The notes: generated by a model not told the origin, from the sequence alone. A DNA stretch of 33,893 bases from a bacterium (GCA_018895675.1 JAHIOG010000495.1:1-33893); one strand, 5' to 3'; positions 18,249 to 26,804 are shown, numbered from the stretch's first letter. Program-made: numbers and translations.

Positions 18249-19964
18249 TTACAGAGCATTTACCAATTTTCCAAGCAGCGCTGGTTTCGATAATAGATCC
18301 GATGACTTCAAAAACTCACAGCGTTGCTCAAAACGATCTTTTATTAATGCTATATATCCTTCTGGATTGGTGCGCTTATATGGATTATATTTTTCATAAT
18401 AACCTGGAAGTAACTTATCGATAGATTCTTTTGTAGGAATCATCGCTCCAGGTAATAATTTCCAATCTTCCCACTCAATTTGGTCCATCAAAATACCAGT
18501 GTGAATCGTAAGCGAAGTCTGGAGTTCAATATTTTCCAAATGCTCATCAGAGGATTTCCAGTATCCAGATGAATTGAAAGTGTAACACTCTGCACCCGTT
18601 TCTAACACTTTTAGAAATGCCTCGACATCTTTATAAAGTTCATAAACTCTAAATGGATTTGCAAATGGTTCAAAAACCAATTTTGCTAATTCCTCCTCTG
18701 TTACATTTTCGGCTCTGCTTCTTTTTGTAATTAATGCCGCTCCCATCGCAACAGCAAGATATTTGTCTTTATATTTTAGTGCAGGCGGTAAAATTGTATC
18801 TTTCATGAGCCAGACCAGTGCTTTAGGAAAACTACACCTATTTACCCATTTTCCAAGAAGGTCGCGGTCAAAAAGAGCCCGTCCATTTGCCTGACGAATA
18901 TCACGTCCGAGGGGAAGTAACTTTCCATCGTTTTTTATCAAAGCGTGATTCATAACCGCAAGACAATACTCCCAATCCGGATGGTCTGTATTTCGACTAT
19001 CTGTTTTATCAAAGAGCGAAGGTTCCCAAACGCGACAAACCTTTCCTTCTGTGTCAATCTGAAATGCATCATCGTGAAGCGTCGCTTTCTTAAAACCTTT
19101 AGGTAATGTACCTCCATTATCATGTGAATTTGTATGAGAAGACTTTCCAGTTCCCGAAAGTCCAAAAAATGCTATAGATTTCTTTCCTAAAACTCTATGT
19201 TCTTTATTATCACATTCAGAAAAATCAATCTCTTTAATGCCGCCATGACAAGCAGCCATTCCCAATCTCATACCGGAAGACCACGCAAGAGTCAGGGTCC
19301 CTTTTTTACGTTCACCAAAATAGCGCATCCCCAAATTGAAAATCACATTATGTTTTTCGTCAACTAAGGCAAGTTGCGGCGCACCAACATTATGATAATA
19401 TGGGTCATCACATGTCCATTCGTTAAATGCCACAATTATAATATCCTGAATTGGCAGAACTTTGCTGTTTTCATATTCTTCTGTCAATTCGATTGGGTTA
19501 AAATTTGACAACCAGTTAAACACATTACTTGCATCGTTTGTTGATGTAACGAAAGTTGCCTTTATCATTAAATCGGGATCCAATCCTATCACTGCTTCTG
19601 CTTTAATAAGGTCATAATGTTCAAGCTGATATATTGCTTCTCTAATATCACCTTCAACCTTTTTCTTATCTGCTGCAGGAATCCGATTATAAAATCTCCT
19701 CGCTTTTGCAGTTCTACCAATAATTTTACCATGACAATCATTTAGGACCTTTGCTCCTTTTGGCAGTCCAAAAAGCGCAGCTGTCCGAGGATATATTTCT
19801 AAGTCTGTTTCTGATACACCAGCTTGGTTTTTTGCCATTTCATAAGCTTCAGCAATGTTTATCTTTCGCACTTTTGGATTTAAAAGTACTGCTTCAGCAA
19901 TTGCTCGAAGCGGAGACATTTCTGTTAAATCTTTGTAATACTTATCACTTGGTAAACTCGACAT
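18249..19964 (-). CDS. pckA: phosphoenolpyruvate carboxykinase, divergent ATP-type
   Basis: 571 aa with a kinase-1a P-loop FFGLSGTGKSS, a YFGERKKG block (canonical YAGEMKKG) and an LHDDAF block (canonical IGDDEH). Order and spacing fit ATP-PEPCK, but several signature residues differ. Confidence 0.75.
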   Translation of the reverse strand: MSSLPSDKYYKDLTEMSPLRAIAEAVLLNPKVRKINIAEAYEMAKNQAGVSETDLEIYPRTAALFGLPKGAKVLNDCHGKIIGRTAKARRFYNRIPAADKKKVEGDIREAIYQLEHYDLIKAEAVIGLDPDLMIKATFVTSTNDASNVFNWLSNFNPIELTEEYENSKVLPIQDIIIVAFNEWTCDDPYYHNVGAPQLALVDEKHNVIFNLGMRYFGERKKGTLTLAWSSGMRLGMAACHGGIKEIDFSECDNKEHRVLGKKSIAFFGLSGTGKSSHTNSHDNGGTLPKGFKKATLHDDAFQIDTEGKVCRVWEPSLFDKTDSRNTDHPDWEYCLAVMNHALIKNDGKLLPLGRDIRQANGRALFDRDLLGKWVNRCSFPKALVWLMKDTILPPALKYKDKYLAVAMGAALITKRSRAENVTEEELAKLVFEPFANPFRVYELYKDVEAFLKVLETGAECYTFNSSGYWKSSDEHLENIELQTSLTIHTGILMDQIEWEDWKLLPGAMIPTKESIDKLLPGYYEKYNPYKRTNPEGYIALIKDRFEQRCEFLKSSDLLSKPALLGKLVNAL

Positions 19965-20054
19965 AATTCATTTCCTTCCTTTTAAATAAAAAATTCATCA
20001 CAATTGAAATTACAAATGGTATATAATTATTTATTGGTAGTCAGAAAGCATAGG

Positions 20055-20266
20055 AACGGGTTAATCGACAAATAAATCGTCAAGCTTAATATGATTTTTT
20101 ACTTTTTTATCTACCGTCGGTCCATGAATAAATTTTCTCTTATGAAATATACGCTGTGCTATTCGTGGAACAGTTAAGCTGGCATCCATCATAAAAAGGA
20201 TTTTTTCATTACCTTTCTCTTTTAAAGTGGCTTCTATAGCTTCCTGCAAATTAGTATACCCTTTAA
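20055..20266. repeat. ~210-bp duplication, copy 2 (intact larA-like 3' end)
   Basis: See copy 1 (17535-17746). Confidence 0.85.
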
Positions 20267-21398
20267 TAAATATTCTATTCAATAATTCTGGTTTTAAATT
20301 TGTGTATGCCCATAAGGATGCCCATTTCATAATTTCTGCCATTTTAGCTGCCTTATGATAACCCAATTTATATCCTTTTTCAATCTTATCAAAAACTTCA
20401 TCCGGGTTTCTGGCTTCACTCAATAATTTTATGAAACTCTCTCCACCTATACCTTTTCGACAACTCGAAACCAAAATGAGAATCCCATTTGGGTTCAACG
20501 CAAGTTTGCTATTATCAATTGCTTTCTGAGATTGGTAAAGGTCGATATCCATCGGATAAGGTGCAACTGCGACCACGATATCTGCCCTATCTCTGATTTC
20601 CACTGAAAATACGTCTTTTGCTTTTTCACATGCCAATTTGAATGCTTTGTGAGTTTCTCCACAGGCGCAATAATAGATTTTATGATCTTTATTCAGAACA
20701 GTTTGAATTGAAAAAATCTGTTTGTCTTTTGCTATACAATCATAGGCTTCTTTGATGTCGTCTCTAACCGGATTTCCTTCGGTTACAAGAGCTTTTGCTG
20801 TCGCATTCAAAGCCAGTTCATGATTTCGTTCAATAGTCTCATATCCGGAAATTCCGGGTAAAAAGGACTTTGCTCCACCAGTATAGCCTGCAAAATAATG
20901 AGGCTCAACCGATGTGATATAGACTATCTTTTCTGCTTCAATTACCAGTTTATTAAAAAAGACTTCAGTGCCATTTTTAGTTACACCAACAAAGACATTC
21001 CCAGCTTCATTCTTAGAATCGTGGGAAAATATTTTTTTTTCCAATTCGCGAAAATGATATCCAAAAATTTCAAGGTATTCATCTTTGCTTGGAGCTCTAT
21101 GAGCACCTGTAGCAACTAAGAACTTAATGCTTTTATTCAGTATTTTATCCCAGAGCAGGTCTATTATTCTCGCACTTGGTGTAGGTCTGGTAGCATCATT
21201 TATAATAAAGAGAATGGGCTCATTGCCTTTTGCAAAATCGTCAAAACTTTTAAAATCAACCGGGCTGTTTAATGCATCAAAGAGAACTTCTTTTTCAGGT
21301 CGAATTTCAACAGTATTCGGATATACTATTTCTCCGATATTTTGTTCGGGGAGAGATACTGTTAATTCTTCTCCCCAATAAGGAATTTTTATCTGCAT
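20061..21398 (-). CDS. LarA-like nickel-pincer-nucleotide-dependent 2-hydroxyacid racemase/epimerase family protein (DUF2088)
   Basis: 445 aa. Motifs match, as I recall them, the LarA catalytic and cofactor set: INDATRPTP (Arg), VATGAHR (His), EPHYFAGYTGGAKS (His plus the cofactor-tethering Lys), ERNHE (Ni-ligand His). The start ATG overlaps the upstream mdh stop (TAATG at 21396-21400). Confidence 0.8.
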   Translation of the reverse strand: MQIKIPYWGEELTVSLPEQNIGEIVYPNTVEIRPEKEVLFDALNSPVDFKSFDDFAKGNEPILFIINDATRPTPSARIIDLLWDKILNKSIKFLVATGAHRAPSKDEYLEIFGYHFRELEKKIFSHDSKNEAGNVFVGVTKNGTEVFFNKLVIEAEKIVYITSVEPHYFAGYTGGAKSFLPGISGYETIERNHELALNATAKALVTEGNPVRDDIKEAYDCIAKDKQIFSIQTVLNKDHKIYYCACGETHKAFKLACEKAKDVFSVEIRDRADIVVAVAPYPMDIDLYQSQKAIDNSKLALNPNGILILVSSCRKGIGGESFIKLLSEARNPDEVFDKIEKGYKLGYHKAAKMAEIMKWASLWAYTNLKPELLNRIFIKGYTNLQEAIEATLKEKGNEKILFMMDASLTVPRIAQRIFHKRKFIHGPTVDKKVKNHIKLDDLFVD

Positions 21399-22330
21399 TA
21401 AATTAATTGTTCAGATTCAATTTTTTCTATAACTTCTCTTACTTTATCAGCAGAAAGATGAAGAGCCTGCTTCTCTTCCGTTGTAAGTGATAATTCAATT
21501 ATTTTTTCAACACCATTTTTTCCAATTACAATCGGTACACCTGCAAATAGACCGTCGATTCCATATTCTCCCCTCAAATAGGCAGAACAGGGAACGATTC
21601 TGTTTCTGTCTCGCACAATGCATTCAACCATCTCAGCAGCAGAACTTCCGGGTGACCAGTAAGCACTACCGGTTTTAAGGTAGGCAACGATTTCTCCACC
21701 TGCTTTTCTGGTTCGTTCAATTAATCTGTCTATCTTGTCTTTTGGCAGCAAATCTGTAATCGGGATACCATGCACTGTGGAATATCTGGGTAATGGGACC
21801 ATAAGGTCTCCATGACCGCCAAGTACTAAAGCAGTTACATTTTTGGGACTGACTCCAAGTTCTTCAGCTATAAAATATCTGAATCTTGATGAATCCAGTA
21901 TGCCAGCCATCCCAATAACTTTTTTTAAGGCAAATCCTGTGACTTTTAGAGCAACATAAGCTAAAATATCAAGCGGATTTGTAACTGTGATCACCACAGC
22001 ATTAGGAGCATATTTAGCAATGCTTTCCGATACACTCTTCATAATTTTTACATTATCACGAAGCAAATCTTCCCTGGACATACCTGGCAATCTCGGTTTA
22101 CCGGCTGTTACAACAACCACTTCAGAATCTTTGATCATTGATATATCGGTATATCCATTAACAGATACATCGTATTTTCGGATAGGTGAGGCATGTACAA
22201 TATCCAAAGCTTTTCCTTCAGCCCATCCGTCGACAATATCAATTAATACTATATCTGAAACTTTTTTTTCAATTAAATATAGTGCTGTTGCTACACCAAC
22301 GTTTCCACTTCCAATAATACTAACTTTCAT
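21398..22330 (-). CDS. mdh: malate dehydrogenase (LDH-like, type 3 MDH)
   Basis: 310 aa: IIGSGNVG, TAGKPRLPGMSREDLL (Arg at the LDH/MDH discriminator position, so malate/oxaloacetate), TNPLD, GMAGILDSSRFR, GGHGDLMVPL, KTGSAYWSP. Confidence 0.9.
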   Translation of the reverse strand: MKVSIIGSGNVGVATALYLIEKKVSDIVLIDIVDGWAEGKALDIVHASPIRKYDVSVNGYTDISMIKDSEVVVVTAGKPRLPGMSREDLLRDNVKIMKSVSESIAKYAPNAVVITVTNPLDILAYVALKVTGFALKKVIGMAGILDSSRFRYFIAEELGVSPKNVTALVLGGHGDLMVPLPRYSTVHGIPITDLLPKDKIDRLIERTRKAGGEIVAYLKTGSAYWSPGSSAAEMVECIVRDRNRIVPCSAYLRGEYGIDGLFAGVPIVIGKNGVEKIIELSLTTEEKQALHLSADKVREVIEKIESEQLI

Positions 22331-22339
22331 GATGACCCC

Positions 22340-23263
22340 CTAAATTCCCATTGATTCAATAGTTTTATTGATTATATCCGCTGATACCTGCAGTTCTTTT
22401 CTTATAGGCAGGGATAATTCAAGTTCGATTATTTTCTCAACGCCATTCTTTCCAAGTTGAACTGGTACACCTAAACAAATATTTTTATAACCATACTCTC
22501 CATCAAGGCACGTCGGAACACATAGTATTGCTCTGGTATCATTTATGATTGCACCCACAGTTTCTGCTATGGAAGCACCGGGAGAATACATAGATGTCTG
22601 CCTTTTTAACAGTGATAGAATAGTTGTTCCTGCTTCCCTGGCTTCTGATATTATTTTATCAACTTTTTCTTTGGGAAGTAACTCATTGATCGGTATGCCA
22701 CAAACCCGAATAAATTCTGGAGGTATAACCATGAATTTATGATGACCTCCTAAAACAAGGGCACTTACTTCAACCGATGTAACGCCAAGTTCCTGTGCAG
22801 TATATTCACAAACCCGCGTAACATCAAGTTTCCCTGCAACTCCAATTACCTTCATTCTGTCAAATCCTGTCTTTTTAAAAGTGTAATAAGTTAAAGTTGT
22901 AACAGGTTCAGTTATAACAATAACGATTGATTTCGGAGCATACTTTTTGACATCTTCTATTATCGGATCAATAATCTTCACATTAACTTCAAGTAACTCA
23001 AGACGTAAGGTGTTGGGTTTTCTAACTTTACCTGCAGTTATTACAACAACTTTAGAGCCTTTAATATCTTCAATATGAGAAGATCCCTGAATTTTAATGT
23101 CATAACCCCGTAAAGGTGAAGCTTCAGCAAGGTCAAGTGCACTTCCTTCTGCTTTACCTTCTAAAATATCAATAAGCATAATATTCGCAATACCCATCTC
23201 AGCCAAATAAAATGCCGCTGCAACCCCTACATTGCCACTGCCAATAATTGAAACTTTCTCCAT
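22340..23263 (-). CDS. divergent LDH/MDH-family 2-hydroxyacid dehydrogenase (second mdh paralog)
   Basis: 307 aa on the same scaffold (IIGSGNVG, TAGKVRKP..LRLELL, GVAGKLDVTR, GGHHKFMV). Signature blocks are altered: TNPLD becomes TEPVT, GGHGD becomes GGHHK, and MSRDDL becomes TLRLEL. GGAGG RBS present. It ends 9 nt before mdh. Confidence 0.75.
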   Translation of the reverse strand: MEKVSIIGSGNVGVAAAFYLAEMGIANIMLIDILEGKAEGSALDLAEASPLRGYDIKIQGSSHIEDIKGSKVVVITAGKVRKPNTLRLELLEVNVKIIDPIIEDVKKYAPKSIVIVITEPVTTLTYYTFKKTGFDRMKVIGVAGKLDVTRVCEYTAQELGVTSVEVSALVLGGHHKFMVIPPEFIRVCGIPINELLPKEKVDKIISEAREAGTTILSLLKRQTSMYSPGASIAETVGAIINDTRAILCVPTCLDGEYGYKNICLGVPVQLGKNGVEKIIELELSLPIRKELQVSADIINKTIESMGI

Positions 23264-23692
23264 GATACCTCCTAATATATTATTATTAATAACCTTAAAA
23301 GATTATATTTTTTTATTTTAGTGATTTTTTCTTCTTTACCACAAGGAATTTCAACTACCATTTGGATTTCTATACAATATCAATTTCCTATTTACTTACA
23401 TCTTTTATGATTCTTAATATTTTAAATTAATTTATCCAATTATAAAAGAAATTTTATAGATATAAATATACCAAAAAAATCATCAAAATGGCTGAAGTAT
23501 AACATCCCCCTGAATTTTATTGAGAAAAGTAAACACTTCTGGAAGACCAAACCTAAAATATCATCGCTAAGAGAAATTTTCTTAGGTTGAGTCTTCTGAA
23601 AGCTATTTCCCTATCTTATCCTAAAATACTACTTATTATCAGCAAGTATTAAAGATTTATTGTGATTTTGAAATCAATAAAAAATTAATTAC

Positions 23693-25030
23693 CTAATTTA
23701 CTTTAGCTACTACTTTATGAAGTTCCGGATTCTTTTCACACTCTTTCTCAAATTCCCTATCACGAAGTGAATTTCTATAATAGGGCGATTGGAATCTGTA
23801 AGTATATCTTACCTTATTACCCCTCGATTTTTCGTAAAGAGCTACAACATCTTCTATAAAGACTCTTTCTTCATCTGTTGGAATTACATAAATCTTTACC
23901 TTGGAATCCTCAGCACTGATATCACATTCCGCATTTCTTGTCTTTGCAATCTTATTTTTATTTTTATCATATTTGATTCCCATAAAATCCAGACCATCCA
24001 GAGCCCTTGCCCTTATAAGATCGCACATCTCACCAACTCCTGCTGTAAAGACGATAGCATCAATACCACCTATTGCCGCTGCGTAGGCACCAATATATTT
24101 CCTAATTCTGTATGTCTCAATATCAAGTGCAAGTTTAGCTCTCTCATCGCCTCTCTCGGCTGCCTCGATTACTTCACGTCTATCATTATATTCACCTGTT
24201 ATACCCAGGATACCGGACTTTTTATTAAGTATTGAATTCATCTCATTGGCTGAATAGTTCTCCTTATCCATTATATAGAAATCAATAGCTGCATCATGGT
24301 CTCCAGCTCTCGTCCCCATCACCAATCCTTCTAACGGTGTAAATCCCATACTTGTATCAAAAGATATCCCATTTTTAACTGCATTCAAAGACACACCATT
24401 CCCAATGTGACATATGATAAGATTACATTCAAAAGGATCTTTTCCCAGGAGAACCGATGCCCTTCTTGAAACATAAAGAAGAGATGTCCCATGAAATCCA
24501 TATCTTCTTATTTTATATTTCTCATACCATTCATAAGGCAGAGCGTACGTAAATACATATTTAGGCATTGTTTGGTGCCATGCTGTATCCATAATTGCCA
24601 TATGTGGAACATTAGGTAACAACTCTTTTGCTGCTTCTATACCAAGTATATTTGGTAGATTATGAAGTGGTGCCAAATCTGCTAACTTCTTAAATTCCTC
24701 AACAACTTCATCGGTTATAATAACAGATTTAGCAAACCTCTCACCACCATGAACAACACGATGTCCAACTGCGGATATTCCCATAAGTTCCTTGATTACA
24801 CCCTCTTTTAGAGATGTAAGCATTTCAATAATAAGTTTTATCGCCTCGCGATGTGTTGGACACTCACTTTCAACCCTGACACTGTCCTGCCCAGTGACTT
24901 CCTGTATGCAAAAGCTGCCTTTACTTGTCACTCTCTCAACAATTCCAGTTGCAATAGTTTGCTTTTTGTTCCAGTCATATAGCCTATATTTCACAGATGA
25001 GCTTCCACAATTAAGGCATAATATGATCAT
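23693..25030 (-). CDS. ackA: acetate kinase with a ~45-aa C-terminal extension
   Basis: ILCLNCGSSSVKY, GHRVVHGG, FHGTS, ICHIGNG.S, GTR.GD.D, FTAGVGE, IPTDEE are all AckA/ASKHA signatures. The ATG overlaps the stop of the upstream REC-malic enzyme gene (ATGA at 25027-25030). Confidence 0.95.
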   Translation of the reverse strand: MIILCLNCGSSSVKYRLYDWNKKQTIATGIVERVTSKGSFCIQEVTGQDSVRVESECPTHREAIKLIIEMLTSLKEGVIKELMGISAVGHRVVHGGERFAKSVIITDEVVEEFKKLADLAPLHNLPNILGIEAAKELLPNVPHMAIMDTAWHQTMPKYVFTYALPYEWYEKYKIRRYGFHGTSLLYVSRRASVLLGKDPFECNLIICHIGNGVSLNAVKNGISFDTSMGFTPLEGLVMGTRAGDHDAAIDFYIMDKENYSANEMNSILNKKSGILGITGEYNDRREVIEAAERGDERAKLALDIETYRIRKYIGAYAAAIGGIDAIVFTAGVGEMCDLIRARALDGLDFMGIKYDKNKNKIAKTRNAECDISAEDSKVKIYVIPTDEERVFIEDVVALYEKSRGNKVRYTYRFQSPYYRNSLRDREFEKECEKNPELHKVVAKVN

Positions 25031-26778
25031 TTCGCCTCCTGTTTTTTAGGCATTTTTATAAAACCACCTTTCATTAATGACTCAGTTTCTTCCCGAGCAA
25101 GTTTTATCATGGTTTCCGCCTTCTTATACAATTCCTCTCTTGACATCATTATTCTGGCAACACCTTGTTCGATTGCTTTCATTCCCACAGCAGTCGCTTC
25201 TCTTGGATAAACTTCCCATTCATCCATACTGGGGATTATGTACTCTTCTGAAAAACCTTTATCTTCAGCACATTTTGCGAGCTCGTAAGCTGCCGCTATA
25301 CACATCTCATCTGTTATTGTTTTTGCCATTACATCAAGAGTTCCCCTAAATATTCCAGGAAATCCCAGAGAATTGTTGACCTGATTAGGAAAATCCGATC
25401 TTCCGGTTGCAACTATTTTTGCGCCAGCCTCTTTTGCTTCCCAGGGCCATATCTCTGGAACAGGATTGGCACATGCAAAAACTATTGCATCGTTTGCCAT
25501 GCTTTTTACCCACTCAGGTTTAATTACACCTGGCCCGGATTTCGACAAAGCAATACAGACATCTGCACCTTTCAGAGCTTCAGGAATTCCTCCTATTCTT
25601 CCTTCGACATTTGTTTTTTCACACATTTCCCATTTCTCTTTATTCTCTGGATTATCAAGGTCTTTCCTATTTTTATGAAGTATACCCTTAGTATCGACCA
25701 TTATTATATTTTCAGGATTAACACCTGCACTAATTATAACTCTTGCAACACACAAATTCGAAGCACCGGCTCCTATCATTGTTATCTTTGCTTCTCCTAT
25801 CTCTTTCTCAACAAATTTTAATGCATTTATTAATCCAGCTAAAGTTACTGCCGCTGTTCCTTGCTGGTCATCATGCCACACAGGAATATTCATTTCTTTT
25901 CTTAATCGGTCCAAAATATAGAAGCACTTCGGTTTAGCAATATCCTCCAGATTTATTCCACCAAATGTTGGCTTCAACCACTTACATGCAGTAATTATTT
26001 CTTCTGGATCCTTGGTATCTAACATTATAGGAAAAGCGTCAACACCACCTAAATATTTAAAAAGGATTGCCTTTCCCTCCATTACAGGCAAGCCGGCTTC
26101 AGGTCCTATATCACCAAGACCTAAAACTCTTGTTCCATCAGATACAACTGCTACAAGATTACCCTTACTTGTATGCTCATAAACCTTTTGAGGATTCTTG
26201 TTAATATCACGGCAAGGTTCAGCAACACCAGGTGTATACCAGATTGCAAAATCATTGAAATCCCTGATACAGCATTTAGGTACAACTGAAATCTTACCAT
26301 GATAATAAGGATGCAACTCCATAGCATCCTCTCCCGGTTTCCTGGCCTTGGCAAGAAGTTCTTCAAGAGATACTGTTTTGGTAAGTAGCTTAACTCTTTC
26401 TAAGAGCACTTTAGCCGGAACCGGCTTTTCAAGAAAGTCATCTACGGGCAGAAGTTGTGTACCGGCTATTTCCTTAAAATTTGTTTCCATTATCTTCTGG
26501 ATACTAGTTATTATTAATATCGGTATCTTGGAACACTCAAAATATGGCGAATCCCTGTCCGGATTTCTTAGTTTATTAACGACTCCCAAACCAGCTGTAA
26601 TATGTTCCATCATAATATCGAGTACAATTAAGTCAGGCTTAACTTCCTTGACTTTTTCAAGACCCTCTTTTGCCGAATATGCGCAAGTACATTCATAAGA
26701 ATTTTTTTCCAGTATATTCTTGACTGCTTTTACGAAATCAACATCATCATCAATAATAAAGATTCTCTTTTTGTCCAT
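25027..26778 (-). CDS. response-regulator receiver domain fused to a NAD(P)-dependent malic enzyme (short prokaryotic type)
   Basis: 583 aa. Residues 1 to about 125 form a CheY-like REC (IFIIDDDVD, DLIVLDIMM, ILIITS, DDFLEKPV). Residues from about 150 to the end form a complete malic enzyme (YHGKISV, WYTPGVAEPC, VVSDGTRVLGLGDIGPEAGLPVMEGK, GGINLEDI, HDDQQGTAAV, MIGAGASN, FACANPVPE). AGGAGGG RBS present. Confidence 0.85.
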   Translation of the reverse strand: MDKKRIFIIDDDVDFVKAVKNILEKNSYECTCAYSAKEGLEKVKEVKPDLIVLDIMMEHITAGLGVVNKLRNPDRDSPYFECSKIPILIITSIQKIMETNFKEIAGTQLLPVDDFLEKPVPAKVLLERVKLLTKTVSLEELLAKARKPGEDAMELHPYYHGKISVVPKCCIRDFNDFAIWYTPGVAEPCRDINKNPQKVYEHTSKGNLVAVVSDGTRVLGLGDIGPEAGLPVMEGKAILFKYLGGVDAFPIMLDTKDPEEIITACKWLKPTFGGINLEDIAKPKCFYILDRLRKEMNIPVWHDDQQGTAAVTLAGLINALKFVEKEIGEAKITMIGAGASNLCVARVIISAGVNPENIIMVDTKGILHKNRKDLDNPENKEKWEMCEKTNVEGRIGGIPEALKGADVCIALSKSGPGVIKPEWVKSMANDAIVFACANPVPEIWPWEAKEAGAKIVATGRSDFPNQVNNSLGFPGIFRGTLDVMAKTITDEMCIAAAYELAKCAEDKGFSEEYIIPSMDEWEVYPREATAVGMKAIEQGVARIMMSREELYKKAETMIKLAREETESLMKGGFIKMPKKQEAK

Positions 26779-26804
26779 TTTCCCTCCTAATTATCACTAT
26801 CTCT

